A DNA stretch of 64,000 nt from an uncultured Lentisphaerales bacterium (GCA_943788985.1 CALSSJ010000017.1:96001-160000), one strand, 5' to 3'; shown: positions 30,399 to 42,386, counted from the first letter of the stretch. Made by a program: numbers and translations. Notes: generated from the sequence alone by a model not told the origin.

Positions 30399-30557
30399 CT
30401 CTTTCACTCCGGGATAGCAGCCGGACCACTGCCCTTCACTCCTCCCACGACGCAAAAATCCGGGCGAGCCGCCCGCGGCGGCCCCACCTTCAGAGATCTT
30501 GGGTTGCGGCGCTAAGCATTCCGTGGATGGCTTGCCCGCGCGGTCTCGCGGGCGGGT

Positions 30558-31784
30558 CTATTCGAATTCTCGGGGCGCCACTTCGCGGTCGCGAATTCCG
30601 ATCAAATATAACAACGAATCGAGCCCAAGAGTGCTAATTGAATTCTTCGCACGTTCTTTCACGATCGGTTTTGCGTGAAACGCAACGCCCAGTCCTGCTA
30701 GATTGATCATGGGCAGATCATTGGCACCGTCACCGACTGCGATCGTCTGCTGTAACTGCAGCCCTTCTCGCGCCGTAATCTCCCGCAGCAAATCGGCCTT
30801 GCGCTGACCGTCCACAATCGGCAACACAACCCGCCCCGTGACCTTGCCATCTTCGATTTCGAGTTCATTGGCGTACACATAGTCGACGCCAAACCGCTCC
30901 TTCAAGTAGTTGCCGAAATAAGTGAATCCACCAGATAGAATCCCGATCTTGTAGCCAAGATCCTTCAGGGTCGTAGTCAGCCGCTCGAGGCCCTCGGTCA
31001 GGGGCAGATTCTCCGCGATCTCTCGCAGCACCGACTCATCTAGCCCTTTCAACAACGCAACGCGCCGACGAAACGACTCGTTGAAATCCAGCTCACCACG
31101 CATCGCAGATTCTGTGATCGCCATGACCTCGGCACCAACGCCTGCATATTTAGCGAGCTCATCAATCACTTCTGCCTGGATCAGTGTCGAATCCATATCA
31201 AATACCACGAGACGGCGAGTTCGGCGGTAGGCATCATCGACATGAATTGCGATGTCGATACCAGTCTGGGTAGCAATCGCCATGAGTTTAGATCGAATCT
31301 CATCCGGCTCACTCGGATGGCCAGTGACCGAGAGTTGAATTGCGGCACGAGGCTTGTGCGCAGTCTGGGCGAAACTGATGCGACCGGAGAGCCGGGTAAT
31401 CACGTCGATATTCAGCCCTTGGTTCGAGATCAGTTCCGAAACAAGGCTAATCTGCTCTGCGGCAATGTGCCTGCCCAGCAAGGTAATGATGCGTCGCGGT
31501 TTTCCCTGGCGGCCGACCCACTCTTCATACACGTCGTCGGCGACGTATCGGCTGGTCACCTCAATGCCGAAGCGATCTGCTTGCTCCGCCAACTCTCTTT
31601 CCAGGGCAGCCTGGTCGTGCCCGATCGGGAGGCGAACCATGATGCCCAACGCGAGATGACGATGAATCACAGCCTGGCCAATATCCAGAACTTCTGCTTG
31701 GTAATGGCTAAGCAAGCGCGTGAAAGAAGAGGTCAGTCCCGGCCGGTCACGCCCGGAAATATTAATGATCTTGATCCGTTTCAT
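30558..31784 (-). CDS. serB: Phosphoserine phosphatase with ACT domains
   Basis: GRDRPGLT ACT, VFDMDSTLI, SGGF, GDGANDL. Confidence 0.96.
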   Translation of the reverse strand: MKRIKIINISGRDRPGLTSSFTRLLSHYQAEVLDIGQAVIHRHLALGIMVRLPIGHDQAALERELAEQADRFGIEVTSRYVADDVYEEWVGRQGKPRRIITLLGRHIAAEQISLVSELISNQGLNIDVITRLSGRISFAQTAHKPRAAIQLSVTGHPSEPDEIRSKLMAIATQTGIDIAIHVDDAYRRTRRLVVFDMDSTLIQAEVIDELAKYAGVGAEVMAITESAMRGELDFNESFRRRVALLKGLDESVLREIAENLPLTEGLERLTTTLKDLGYKIGILSGGFTYFGNYLKERFGVDYVYANELEIEDGKVTGRVVLPIVDGQRKADLLREITAREGLQLQQTIAVGDGANDLPMINLAGLGVAFHAKPIVKERAKNSISTLGLDSLLYLIGIRDREVAPREFE

Positions 31785-32234
31785 TTACGCTGCCAGCCTG
31801 GATAATTCACGCGATTCGTAGCGAGAGACCGTAAGGTGCTTGCTATCAGCTGCTTGCGGTAGTAAGACAGGTGGAGTGGTATCGAGATACGTCGAATTTG
31901 TCGAACAACGCAAGGTGTTGAGAGTGAGTGCATTACGGCCTCATGGTAGATTCGCGTGAATTATTCAGGCTGAAGTCCGATTTCTGTGTCAGCGCCGGGG
32001 AATATAGAGCGCATAGCCTCAGCTGTCGCGAGCATATACGGCAGAGGGCGCAGCTCAGCCCTGAAGATCATTCCCATATCTACGCCGAGGGGACTATTTA
32101 GGCTCGCATGGGCACGGACAGGAAGGAGGGTCGGTGAGGCTATCCTGGCATTGAGTGTACTGGGTATTCTGCAACGGCCCGCCATTGAGACAGGCAGTCG
32201 TGCGGGCCGTCAATAGTGCCCCATCTCTCCGCAG

Positions 32235-32990
32235 CTAAATCATTGATTCGCGCTCAAAGCGTCGTATCGCCCAAAACTGCGGCGGTGTGTCCGCGGCGGC
32301 CACCTCAGCCGCAACATTGGCAGGGGTTGGGATCTCTTTTGGACTGACACCCTGATCCAGCATTTGACGCAAGATCGCAATCTGCATCGCACGCGGCCTT
32401 TCTTCGATCCCTATTTCAGGGCCGCTGGCAGGCATCTTTTCATCAGCACTCACGGCATAGTCTCCAATCTCATCAGCTCCGCTGTGCAGTTCTTTCCGCA
32501 CGAAGGTTTCCTGTTGGTCATTCGCCCGATGCGGCGCGTAATGACGAATCAGTAGAACGATATGCTTCCCGGCAACGCACTCCAAGATCAGACGCAACCT
32601 CGCGCTATTTCGACGCAGCCACGATACCACATCACCGGCAGCTGCAGCACGCATCAGACTCAAGCCGGCAAATGCTGCATCGTCTTGCCGTAAGTCTCGC
32701 TCGTCTGTGGTGGCGAGTGCTACAAGGGTGTAGCGAAGTTGCGGCAGGTTAAACTGCACCTGAGGTTGAACCTCTCCTGCAACGTAGCTCAGATTGAACA
32801 GATCGCGCACGTCGGGCGCCTGCTCCTTGAGCTTATGGCCGATAAACACACCGGATTGCAACTCAATCGCCACATCATCCCAGTCCACCGCCCCTCGTAG
32901 GCTATCCGGCACAACTTCTCTCAGGAATCCTCGCGCGGCAGCCAACCCCGAACAGTCGGTAAACTATCTAAATCGTCATCGTCCGTGTAC
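32235..32990 (-). pseudogene. Rpn/YhgA-like recombination-promoting nuclease (putative transposase) remnant
   Basis: AARGFLREVVP....DW....LQSGVFI...L.E...D N-terminal motif; central nuclease part missing, no intact start. Confidence 0.6.
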
Positions 32991-33161
32991 TATCTTCCTC
33001 CCGGTAAATTACTGTTAATCTCCTAGGCTTTCTGTCACGCAGCCGATTTCAATTCAGGAACCTGCGAAGGTCCCTTGCTCGATGCAGTCGTGCAGGGGTG
33101 CAAGATTCGCGCTTGGCAGCATACAGTACCGCCCTGTTCCTACCGTGAATTCGAGATTTCC

Positions 33162-35159
33162 ATGACACAACGCAAGATCCTCGTCACCTCTGCCTTGCCT
33201 TACGCGAACGGCAGCATCCATATCGGCCACCTGGTAGAATATCTGCAGACTGATATTTGGGTGCGCTTTCAGAAGATGCGCGGCCATGAATGCCGCTATG
33301 TGTGCGCGGATGACACTCACGGCACGCCGATTATGATTCGCGCCAGGCAGGAAGGAATCACACCAGAAGCGCTTATTGCCAACAGCTATGCCGAGCATAC
33401 GCAGGACTTTGCCGACTTCGAGATTGCGTTCGATAACTACTCATCGACGAACAGCGAACACAATCGCGTGCTCTGTAACGAGATTTCGGCCGCGATGGCT
33501 GATCACACAGAGTGGCTGCCCGTCGAGCAGGCCTATTGCGATACCTGCAGCATGTTTTTACCTGACCGCTTTGTGCGCGGGACCTGCCCCGCTTGCGGGC
33601 TCCAGGACCAATACGGGGACTCCTGCGACAACGGGCATACCTACCAACCCACCGAACTTCTGGACCCTGCCTGCGCGACCTGCGGCACCGCACCCAGTCG
33701 CAAAAGCGCAGACCACCTGTTCTTTAAACTCGAGCCCTTCCGCGCATTTCTGCAGGAGTGGGTCCCCGGACATACCCAGCAAGAGATAGCCAACAAGCTG
33801 CAGGAGTGGCTGGATGGTGAGCTGCGCCCGTGGGATATTTCACGGCCCGAGCCGTATTTCGGCTTTGAGATTCCTGGCCATCCGGGCCAGTATTTCTACG
33901 TCTGGGTCGATGCGCCGATCGGCTACATCGGCGCCACCCGCGAATGGGCAGAGCGCGAGGGCCGCGACTACAAGGAATTCTGGCAGAGCGAAGACGCCGA
34001 GATCTACCACTTTATCGGCAAGGACATTGTCTATTTTCACACACTGTTTTGGCCAGCGATGCTAAAGGGAGCTGGCTACAGCACACCCTCGAGTGTGTTC
34101 GTGCACGGGTTCCTCACGGTAAACGGCGAGAAGATGTCCAAGAGCAAGGGCACCTTTATCAGCGCCCGGACCTATCTGGATAATCTCGGCCCGATGTACC
34201 TGCGCTATTACTACGCCTGTAAGCTGGGCGGCGGCGTCGAAGACATCGACATGAATCTTGACGACTTCATTAAGCGGGTTAACTCCGATCTGATCGGAAA
34301 GATCACGAATGTGGCCTCCCGCGGTGCCCAGATGTTGTACAAGCGCCTGGATGGGCAGCTCGGCAGCATTCCCAAGAACGGTACACAGCTCCTACGCGAC
34401 GCGCAGTGTCGGGCAGAGACGATCGCCGCCCATTACGAAGCTCGCGAGTACAGCAAGGCTATCGTCCAGATTCGCGAGATTGCGGAGTCCGCAAACCGCT
34501 ACTTCGATGAGCAGCAGCCCTGGGTTACGATCAAGTCCGATCCGGAAGCCGCGCGTGGCGTGATGACCACCGTCCTTAACGTATTCCGGACGATCGCGAT
34601 CTACCTGAAGCCGGTTCTGCCTGGCTATGTGGAGAAGGTCGAAGCGTTGTTCATCGAAGAGCCATACAGCTGGGACTCGGCGCAGCAGACCTTGGAGAAT
34701 CGCGCCATCGCGGCCTACACACATCTGGCGAGCCGGATTGAGCACAAGGCGATTGAAGCGATCATCGAGGCATCACGCCAAGCCCCACTGGAGCCTGAGC
34801 CGGAGCCTGAGGTCAAGATCGAGCCGATCGCCGATGAAGTCAGCTTTGACGAGTTCATGAAGGTGGACCTGCGGGTGGCGAAGATCGTGAAAGCTGAGGC
34901 GATAGAAAAGGCGAACAAGCTGTTGCGCCTGACCGTGGATTTGGGGGGCGAAGAGCGGCAGATCATTGCCGGAATTAAGCAGGCCTACAAGCCTGAAGAT
35001 CTGGTGGGTCGGTTGACCGTGGTGGTTGCGAACCTCGCACCACGCACGATGAAATTTGGCGTTTCCGAGGGCATGGTCCTGGCGGCTGGCGAAGGCGGCG
35101 CTGAGCTGATGATTCTCTCACCTGATGATGGCGCCAAGCCGGGACAGCGCATCTCGTGA
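33162..35159 (+). CDS. metG: Methionine--tRNA ligase
   Basis: TSALPYANGSIHIGH, KMSKS, C-terminal tRNA-binding OB domain. Confidence 0.98.
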   Translation: MTQRKILVTSALPYANGSIHIGHLVEYLQTDIWVRFQKMRGHECRYVCADDTHGTPIMIRARQEGITPEALIANSYAEHTQDFADFEIAFDNYSSTNSEHNRVLCNEISAAMADHTEWLPVEQAYCDTCSMFLPDRFVRGTCPACGLQDQYGDSCDNGHTYQPTELLDPACATCGTAPSRKSADHLFFKLEPFRAFLQEWVPGHTQQEIANKLQEWLDGELRPWDISRPEPYFGFEIPGHPGQYFYVWVDAPIGYIGATREWAEREGRDYKEFWQSEDAEIYHFIGKDIVYFHTLFWPAMLKGAGYSTPSSVFVHGFLTVNGEKMSKSKGTFISARTYLDNLGPMYLRYYYACKLGGGVEDIDMNLDDFIKRVNSDLIGKITNVASRGAQMLYKRLDGQLGSIPKNGTQLLRDAQCRAETIAAHYEAREYSKAIVQIREIAESANRYFDEQQPWVTIKSDPEAARGVMTTVLNVFRTIAIYLKPVLPGYVEKVEALFIEEPYSWDSAQQTLENRAIAAYTHLASRIEHKAIEAIIEASRQAPLEPEPEPEVKIEPIADEVSFDEFMKVDLRVAKIVKAEAIEKANKLLRLTVDLGGEERQIIAGIKQAYKPEDLVGRLTVVVANLAPRTMKFGVSEGMVLAAGEGGAELMILSPDDGAKPGQRIS

Positions 35160-35599
35160 GCCGCTCGGTGCTGAACGCTGCGCTAAGCTGCTGCTTGCTA
35201 TTTACGGCCTGCAGTCGTTTCGAAGCCACGCCCATCCTAGATGCGGCCTGGGAGAACGACGGCGCAACGGTACGCGCCATGATTGAGGCGGGAACCCCAG
35301 TGTCTACGGCGGATATTCACGGCTATACCGCGCTGCACGTTGCCGCTTCGAACGGGGACGCCGAGCTAGTCCACTGGTTGCTCGAGCGCGGCGCAGACGC
35401 GCACACACTGACGTTCAATCAGGACACGGTGATTGAGCTAGCCGCGGTACGCTACTTTGCGCTGGTCGATCAGTTGAACTGGGCCCGCGCATCACGCGCT
35501 ACCGCCCAGCCTCTTCTAAACGGCTACTTGAACATCCGTGAGCAGCTAATCACCGCTGGCAGCGATCCCGAAATCTGGGGCAGGCCCAACGGTCTGTAG
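35156..35599 (+). CDS. Ankyrin-repeat lipoprotein
   Basis: Lipobox FTAC; TPILDAA, GYTALHVAASNG..V.WLLERGAD. Confidence 0.8.
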   Translation: MSRSVLNAALSCCLLFTACSRFEATPILDAAWENDGATVRAMIEAGTPVSTADIHGYTALHVAASNGDAELVHWLLERGADAHTLTFNQDTVIELAAVRYFALVDQLNWARASRATAQPLLNGYLNIREQLITAGSDPEIWGRPNGL

Positions 35600-35609
35600 T
35601 GAGCGACGG

Positions 35610-36500
35610 GAGTCAATCAGTCCTGCGACTGCTGGAACCGATACCGCCACGATCACATCTACGGACGCCGGGGGACTCGACCTCACTGGTACAAAGCCGA
35701 TCAACGTCACCTACCGCATGACCACAGATTGTATCGTACCCCACCGGCTCGCTTCCGAATGTGCTTACCGTGAGCTACGACGAGAATCCGGGCGCTGATC
35801 TGGGCCTCGGCAACGGTTCTACGATCGATTTCGAAGCAATCCGGGGAACTGGCTTTACGAACCCGACGCTCACAGGTGGGACGTTGACGCCTACTTTGGT
35901 CGGTGATAGCTACCGGACTACGGTGGGCGAAGTAGCAGCTCTGACCGTCGGGACGTTTCAATCTCCCTCAACGCGACCGAATTCGACGATCTGCTGATCT
36001 AGGTCAACGGTCTCGATCCCTGCGCCCCCGGTACGACGTTGTCGGACGACGCGTCGCCGTACGTACTCATCGAGCAACCAAACATCGAGATTAGCGCGGT
36101 AGGCGCGAGTATACTTTTCTGCGGCGACGGCAAGATGCCGGTGACGGTGTTCAACAACAACGCCTCGAGCGACCCCGGCCCGGCTTCCACCTTCTCCAAG
36201 GATACGCTCATCTCAGGCAACGCCGTCACCGTCAAAAACGTGACTGCTGGCTACTGCACCGACCGACCTCAATGGTGACTACGAATTCACCAATCTCACG
36301 GACGCCAACTACGTCTTCGGAGAGACCGATTCCCCTGGCGCCATCTCAACCTCGGACGCCGACACACCACCGTTCTACGATAGCTATGTTGGCGTCGCTT
36401 TTGCCAGCATCGACTTCACCGGCAATGACTGTCTAGACACCCAGGAAATCTTCTCGACCGTAATAACGACAGGATCCCAATTTTTCCCCGCTTACTCCTC
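35610..36500 (+). pseudogene. Fragmented large surface/adhesin protein (SdrD B/Cna-B-like remnant)
   Basis: Thr/Gly-rich beta-strand fragments in several frames incl. TD.NGDYEFTNLTDANYV.GETD.PG.IST. Confidence 0.55.
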
Positions 36501-37020
36501 CGGACACAAAATGCCGGTGGCGCCATAGTGATTGCCAGCACGCACTACGGCGAGGCAGATATCGAGCATGCCATGGTTCGGAAAGCACTACGCTTCATGG
36601 CCAAAAATGGCGGCTCCTGAGGCGAATTCATGCTGTTGGAAAAGCGTGATCTGGCTAGCGCCGCCCAAACCTTTTAGCTCTTCGGTGCCCCTGCCCTGCG
36701 CAGCGCGTCCAATTCCGATGACCGGGCCATCTAGTTGCGGAGTCCGCAAGGCGGCAGCTTTGTCGGTCCGGGGCCTCCGTCCCCATCGAGTTACCCCTCA
36801 CCGGCAAAGGCTGATGGGACGAAACTCTCAATATCAGCTACCGCCGCAACGGCGGGCCTTGGACCGAAATTTACCGCACGCAGGTTATTCCCGGTGTCTT
36901 TGAGTACCAAGTGCCATGGCAACCTCCAGCGGATGGTGCACGATACCATATTCGCATTGGTTTCCCCGCCGAGCAGTAGTTCGGCAGCTCGATTCTTACC
37001 ACCCCAGCCAGGAATTCGCT

Positions 37021-37488
37021 ATGTCTCAGAAGAGCCTTGTCCTCATCAAGCCAGACGGCGTCCAACGTCGCCTCGTATCCACCATCCTCCAGCGCTTCGA
37101 AACTGCTGGCCTGAAGCTGCACGCGCTGAAGTTTCTGGTCGCAACAACCGAGCAGTCCCGATCCCACTATCGGGAGCACGTCGACAAGGGCTTTTACCCG
37201 ATGGTCGAGGACTACATCACCGAAGGCCCCATCGTCGCCCTCGTCCTGAGCGGCGGTAGCTGCATCCCAAAGATCCGCCAGATGGTCGGTGCCACCACGC
37301 CAGCAGAAGCTGCTCCCGGCACTATCCGCGGCGATCTCGCCCATCAGCCCATGACACAAGGCGGCGCCCTGCGCAACCTCATCCATGCCTCCGCCTCTCC
37401 AGAAGAAGCCGAGCATGAACTCGGCGTCTGGTTCACCCCCGACGAGATCGTCGACTACGCCCTCCTCGACGACCGCCTGCACTCCTAA
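37021..37488 (+). CDS. ndk: Nucleoside diphosphate kinase
   Basis: LIKPDGVQR, PGTIRGD, NLIHAS. Confidence 0.96.
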   Translation: MSQKSLVLIKPDGVQRRLVSTILQRFETAGLKLHALKFLVATTEQSRSHYREHVDKGFYPMVEDYITEGPIVALVLSGGSCIPKIRQMVGATTPAEAAPGTIRGDLAHQPMTQGGALRNLIHASASPEEAEHELGVWFTPDEIVDYALLDDRLHS

Positions 37489-37503
37489 AGTACCGTCCCA
37501 ACA

Positions 37504-37529
37504 GCTGTCGGGCATCACAGCCCGACAGC
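37504..37529 (+). terminator. Hairpin after ndk (possible terminator)
   Basis: GCTGTCGGGC-atcaca-GCCCGACAGC; no U tract. Confidence 0.45.
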
Positions 37530-37624
37530 CTGCGGCTGGCCATTCAAAATCCACAAAAGGATCGACTAGAGTCGACTCACATCGACAGCTGTCGACTAGA
37601 GACGATCTGTTGGTGCTACCGGTC

Positions 37625-37665
37625 TTAACTTGGAAATTGGATATTCCTTGTTGGCTGTTGGATAT
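37625..37665 (+). repeat. Intergenic repeat family B (GTTGGCTGTTGGATAT)
   Basis: Near copy at 55829-55861. Confidence 0.7.
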
Positions 37666-37755
37666 CGATCAAGTTGTCGCAGCGGGTTGCTACTGGCGAC
37701 GAAGGCGCGATTGTATCAGGTTCAACAATACGCTCCCTTCGATCGAGAGATAACC

Positions 37756-39621
37756 ATGCCCAAGAAACGCTTCCGCAGCTCCCGTACCACACAGGGGCGC
37801 CACATGGCAGGCGCACGTGCACTCTGGCGCGCCACCGGCTTCAAGACTGAAGACTTTCAGAAGCCCATTATTGCTATCGCCAATTCCTTTACCCAGTTCG
37901 TCCCCGGACACGTTCATCTCCACAGCTACGGCCAGATGATCAAGAAGATGATCGATGATGCCGGCGGCGTAGGCGTAGAATTTAATACCATCGCCGTCGA
38001 TGATGGTATCGCTATGGGCCACGGCGGCATGCTGTATTCCTTACCTAGCCGCGAGCTGATTGCCGATAGCGTAGAATATATGGTCAATGCCCATGTGGCC
38101 GATGGCCTGATCTGTATCTCGAATTGCGATAAGATTACGCCCGGGATGATGATTGGGGCCATGCGCCTGAACATCCCCACGATCTTTATCGCTGGCGGGC
38201 CTATGGAAGCTGGCAAGGCCGAGACCTCCCAAGGCGAAATTTCCTTGGATCTCGTCGATGCCATGGTGATGGCTGCCGATGACTCCGTATCCGATGCCGA
38301 CCTGGACCAAATCGAAGCCAACGCCTGCCCCACCTGCGGCTCCTGCTCCGGTATGTTTACGGCCAATAGTATGAACTGCCTCGCCGAGGCATTGGGGATC
38401 GCTCTGCCGGGCAATGGCACCATTCTTGCCACCCACTCCCTGCGCCGCACGCTCTTCGAACAAGCAGCCACGCGCATCGTCGAGATGTGCAACGCGCACT
38501 ATCTCGAAGGCGATGACTCCGTTCTCCCGCATTCGATTGCGAACTTCGCAGCCTTTGAGAACGCCATGGCCTGTGACATTGCCATGGGCGGCTCCACCAA
38601 CACCGTGCTGCACATCCTGGCCATCGCCAGAGCCGCCGGTTTGAACTTCACCATGCAGGACATCGACCGCCTCTCTCGTGGCACGCCCTGCGTCTGTAAG
38701 GTTGCGCCAAGCTCAGATTACCACATGGAAGACATCAGCCGCGCTGGCGGGATCCCCACGATCCTCGGCAAGCTCGAACGCGGTGGCTTTTTTAAAGGCG
38801 AGTGTCTTACCGTATCCGGCGACACGCAGGCCGTCCAGATCCGGAAGAACGATATTCACCTCAAAGCCGACGAGCTGACTGACCACGCTGTACAACGCTC
38901 ATTGTCCGCACCTGGCGGCGTCCGCACCAAGGTCGGCTTTGGCCAAGAAGAACAGTACGCCGAGGCAGACACCGATGCTAAGACCGGCGCCATCCGTGAT
39001 GTTGAGCACGCCTACAGCCAGGACGGCGGCCTTTGCGTCCTCTTCGGCAACATTGCCCAGGAAGGCTGCATCGTCAAAACCGCAGGCGTAGACGCCAGCA
39101 TTCACATCTTCTCCGGCCCGGCTCGCATTTGCGATTCGCAGGAAGAGTCCGTCGACCTCATCCTCGGCGGCAAGATCAACGAAGGTGATGTCGTCATCAT
39201 TCGCTACGAAGGCCCCAAGGGTGGCCCAGGCATGCAGGAAATGCTCTACCCCACCTCGTATCTGAAGTCGCGCAAGCTCGACAAGCAATGCGCCCTGATC
39301 ACAGACGGACGCTTTAGCGGTGGCACATCCGGACTCTCCATCGGCCACGTCTCCCCAGAAGCAGGCGAAGGTGGAAACCTCGGTCTGCTCCAAGACGGCG
39401 ACATCATCGAAATCAACATCCCGCAACGCTCCATCAACGTAAAACTCAGCGACGCCGAACTGGATACCCGCCGCACCGAGATGGAAGCACTTGGCGATGA
39501 CGCATTTACGGCTATCGGCCGCGAGCGTGTTGTCAGCGAGGCATTGCAGGCATACGGCCTCATGGCTACATCAGCAGCAACCGGCGCTGTTCGCGATATC
39601 AGCAAGCTGCGCCGCGCTTAA
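37756..39621 (+). CDS. ilvD: Dihydroxy-acid dehydratase
   Basis: [38 protein letters not shown]. Confidence 0.97.
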   Translation: MPKKRFRSSRTTQGRHMAGARALWRATGFKTEDFQKPIIAIANSFTQFVPGHVHLHSYGQMIKKMIDDAGGVGVEFNTIAVDDGIAMGHGGMLYSLPSRELIADSVEYMVNAHVADGLICISNCDKITPGMMIGAMRLNIPTIFIAGGPMEAGKAETSQGEISLDLVDAMVMAADDSVSDADLDQIEANACPTCGSCSGMFTANSMNCLAEALGIALPGNGTILATHSLRRTLFEQAATRIVEMCNAHYLEGDDSVLPHSIANFAAFENAMACDIAMGGSTNTVLHILAIARAAGLNFTMQDIDRLSRGTPCVCKVAPSSDYHMEDISRAGGIPTILGKLERGGFFKGECLTVSGDTQAVQIRKNDIHLKADELTDHAVQRSLSAPGGVRTKVGFGQEEQYAEADTDAKTGAIRDVEHAYSQDGGLCVLFGNIAQEGCIVKTAGVDASIHIFSGPARICDSQEESVDLILGGKINEGDVVIIRYEGPKGGPGMQEMLYPTSYLKSRKLDKQCALITDGRFSGGTSGLSIGHVSPEAGEGGNLGLLQDGDIIEINIPQRSINVKLSDAELDTRRTEMEALGDDAFTAIGRERVVSEALQAYGLMATSAATGAVRDISKLRRA

Positions 39622-39628
39622 CAGCCCC

Positions 39629-39662
39629 TGGATAGCGCTCGGTCTGGATCCGAGCCTATCCA
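39629..39662 (+). terminator. Hairpin after ilvD
   Basis: TGGATAG-c-GCTCGG / CCGAGC-CTATCCA. Confidence 0.4.
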
Positions 39663-39750
39663 CCGACTGCTAAGCGACCAACTCCCCTCACACACACTTT
39701 TAAGGACGGGCCTTCCCGCATCACACGATGTGGCTGGAGCGCCTTTGACT

Positions 39751-41550
39751 ATGCAAGACATCCGCAACATTGCGATTATCGCTCACGTCGACCACGGAAA
39801 AACTACCCTAGTCGACAAAATTCTGGCCCAGCTCCAGCTACTTCGCACCGCCGAAGCCGAGCAGGACTGCCTGTTAGACAGTAACGATTTAGAGCGCGAG
39901 CGTGGGATCACCATTCTCTCCAAAAATATCAGCGTTCGCTACGGTGAGACCAAGATCAACCTCATCGATACCCCCGGCCATAGTGACTTCGGCGGTCAAG
40001 TCGAGCGCGTCCTACATATGGCAGACGGCGTCCTCTTGCTAGTCGACTCCGCAGAAGGCCCCATGCCACAGACTCGCTTTGTCTTGGGCAAAGCACTTGA
40101 GGCTGGCCTCCATCCCATTGTGGTCATCAATAAGATCGACAAGGCCGACGCCCGACCCGAGGCGGTCATCGATGCGGTCTTCGACTTGTTCGTCGAACTC
40201 CATGCTACCGACGCACAGCTAGATTTCCCCATCCTCTACGCAAGTGGCCGCGATGGCTGGGCCACCACCGACCTTGATGCCCCGAGCACGACTATCGTCC
40301 CGCTGCTCGACGCCATGATCGAGCACGTCCCGGCCCCAACGCTAAACGAAGGCCCGGCCCAATTGCAGATCACCTCCATCGACTACTCCGAGTATCTTGG
40401 CCGGATTGGCATCGGCCGTGTCCATCGCGGCACAGTCTCCCGCGGCTTCGTCGCGGTCTGCAAACCCAATGGCGACTCCCGCCAGGGAGAGATCCGACAG
40501 CTACACGTCTTCGAAGGTTTAGGAAAGGTCGAAGCCGATTCCGTGATCTATGGCGAAATCTGTGCCGTTGCCGGCATCACTGACATTGACATCGGTGACA
40601 CGATCTGCCCCACCACCAATCCAGAAGCGCTGCCGGCCATCACCATGGACGAGCCTACCTTGACCATGGTCTTCCGCGTCAACGACTCGCCGTTCTATGG
40701 CAGAGAGGGAAAATTCCTCAGCAGCCGCCACCTCCGTGAGCGCTTGCTGCGCGCCGCAGAAGCAGACGTAGCGCTGCACATCACCGAGATGGACGGCGAT
40801 GCCTTTGAGATCGGCGGACGCGGCGTCCTCCACTTCTCGATTCTGCTCGAGACCATGCGTCGCGAAGGCTACGAGCTAGCCGTCTCACGCCCGCACGTCA
40901 TCTTCCATGCTGGCGACAAAGGCCGCGAAGAACCAATTGAAATTCTCAACGTTGAAGTGCCTTCAGAGTCCGCAGGTAAGGTCATTGAGCTGGTCGGCAT
41001 GCGCCGCGGTGAAATGGTTTCTATGGACCCGCAGGGCGATCGCCAGCTTCTCGTCTTTCGCGTGCCAACTCGCGGCCTGATCGGGCTGCGTAGCAAGCTC
41101 CTCACTGCCACCGCAGGTGAGGCCATCATCAATCACCTGTTCGACGCCTATGAGCCCTATCGTGGCGCCATTCCCGGCCGCCAGAACGGTGTCCTAATCA
41201 GCATGGACCAAGGCCCAGCTGCTGCCTACGCCATCGACGCCCTTCAGGCTCGCGGCACATTTTTCGTCGGCCCTACCCAGGATATCTACGAAGGCATGAT
41301 TGTCGGCGAGAATTCCAGAGATGGCGATCTAGTGGTCAACCTGCAAAAAGGCAAGCAACTGACCAACGTCCGCGCCAGCGGCACCGACCGCAGTCTCAAG
41401 ATCGCGCCTCCGATCCGCTTCAGTCTCGAAGAAGCCCTCGAGTATATCGAGGACGACGAGTTGCTCGAGATCACACCTGAAAACATCCGTCTCCGCAAGC
41501 GCCATCTCACCGAGAACGGGCGCAAGCGCAACCGGAAATCGATCGGCTGA
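39751..41550 (+). CDS. typA: Translational GTPase TypA/BipA
   Basis: [43 protein letters not shown]. Confidence 0.97.
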   Translation: MQDIRNIAIIAHVDHGKTTLVDKILAQLQLLRTAEAEQDCLLDSNDLERERGITILSKNISVRYGETKINLIDTPGHSDFGGQVERVLHMADGVLLLVDSAEGPMPQTRFVLGKALEAGLHPIVVINKIDKADARPEAVIDAVFDLFVELHATDAQLDFPILYASGRDGWATTDLDAPSTTIVPLLDAMIEHVPAPTLNEGPAQLQITSIDYSEYLGRIGIGRVHRGTVSRGFVAVCKPNGDSRQGEIRQLHVFEGLGKVEADSVIYGEICAVAGITDIDIGDTICPTTNPEALPAITMDEPTLTMVFRVNDSPFYGREGKFLSSRHLRERLLRAAEADVALHITEMDGDAFEIGGRGVLHFSILLETMRREGYELAVSRPHVIFHAGDKGREEPIEILNVEVPSESAGKVIELVGMRRGEMVSMDPQGDRQLLVFRVPTRGLIGLRSKLLTATAGEAIINHLFDAYEPYRGAIPGRQNGVLISMDQGPAAAYAIDALQARGTFFVGPTQDIYEGMIVGENSRDGDLVVNLQKGKQLTNVRASGTDRSLKIAPPIRFSLEEALEYIEDDELLEITPENIRLRKRHLTENGRKRNRKSIG

Positions 41551-42386
41551 AAAGCTGGCAGCAGCATCTGGAAGTGGCCCTGGGTACGACAATTCGTACC
41601 TGGCGGCCACTGCACGGCGGTTGCATCGCCCAAGCCTTCCTTGCGGAGTCCGCAACAGATCAATTCTTCGTCAAGCATTGCCCAGCTGGCGCGCCCGAGA
41701 TGTTTGCCGCGGAGGCCGCCGGCCTGCGAACGCTTGCGAACTCCGCAACCCTTCGCATCCCGGCCGTCCTCGCCGTCAGCGAAGCATTTCTCGTCCTCGA
41801 GTATGTCGAGCCGGGCACACCTGGCCCAGCCTTCATGCCCGATTTCGGTGCCCAGTTCGCCGCCCTGCACCGCGCCTCCGCAGCCAAATTCGGCTTCACC
41901 GGCGACACTTTTCTTGGCACCACGCGCCAGCACAATGCGGAGTCCGCAAGCTGGCCGGAATTCTTCTACGAGCATCGCCTTGTCGCCCAGCTCCAGCTAG
42001 CCGAGCAAAACCACCTGGCCACGCCCGAGCTTCGCCACGCAATCCGCAGTCTCGAAGCGCGCATCGCCCAGCTTCTCGCCACCGACGAGCCTCCCGCCCT
42101 GTTGCACGGCGATCTTTGGTCGGGGAATTTTCTCGTCGCTCATGATGGCGCCCCCTGCATCTTTGATCCCGCCGTTTACTATGGAAGTCGCGAAGCCGAC
42201 CTAGCGATGACCTATCTCTTCGGCGGCTTCGACTCAGCGTTCTACGACGCCTACCAAGAAGCGTGGCCGCTCCCCGACGGCCACGCCCGTCGTCGCCGCC
42301 TCTACGAAGCCTACCACATGCTGAACCACCTCAACCTCTTTGGCTCCAGCTACTACAGCGCGGCCCTCAGCCGCCTGACTGCCTAA
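41547..42386 (+). CDS. Fructosamine kinase family protein (start CTG 41547 or GTG 41574)
   Basis: GGCI, FAAEAAGL, LLHGDLWSGN, FDPAVYYGSREADL, LNHLNLFG. Confidence 0.88.
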   Translation: MKSWQQHLEVALGTTIRTWRPLHGGCIAQAFLAESATDQFFVKHCPAGAPEMFAAEAAGLRTLANSATLRIPAVLAVSEAFLVLEYVEPGTPGPAFMPDFGAQFAALHRASAAKFGFTGDTFLGTTRQHNAESASWPEFFYEHRLVAQLQLAEQNHLATPELRHAIRSLEARIAQLLATDEPPALLHGDLWSGNFLVAHDGAPCIFDPAVYYGSREADLAMTYLFGGFDSAFYDAYQEAWPLPDGHARRRRLYEAYHMLNHLNLFGSSYYSAALSRLTA

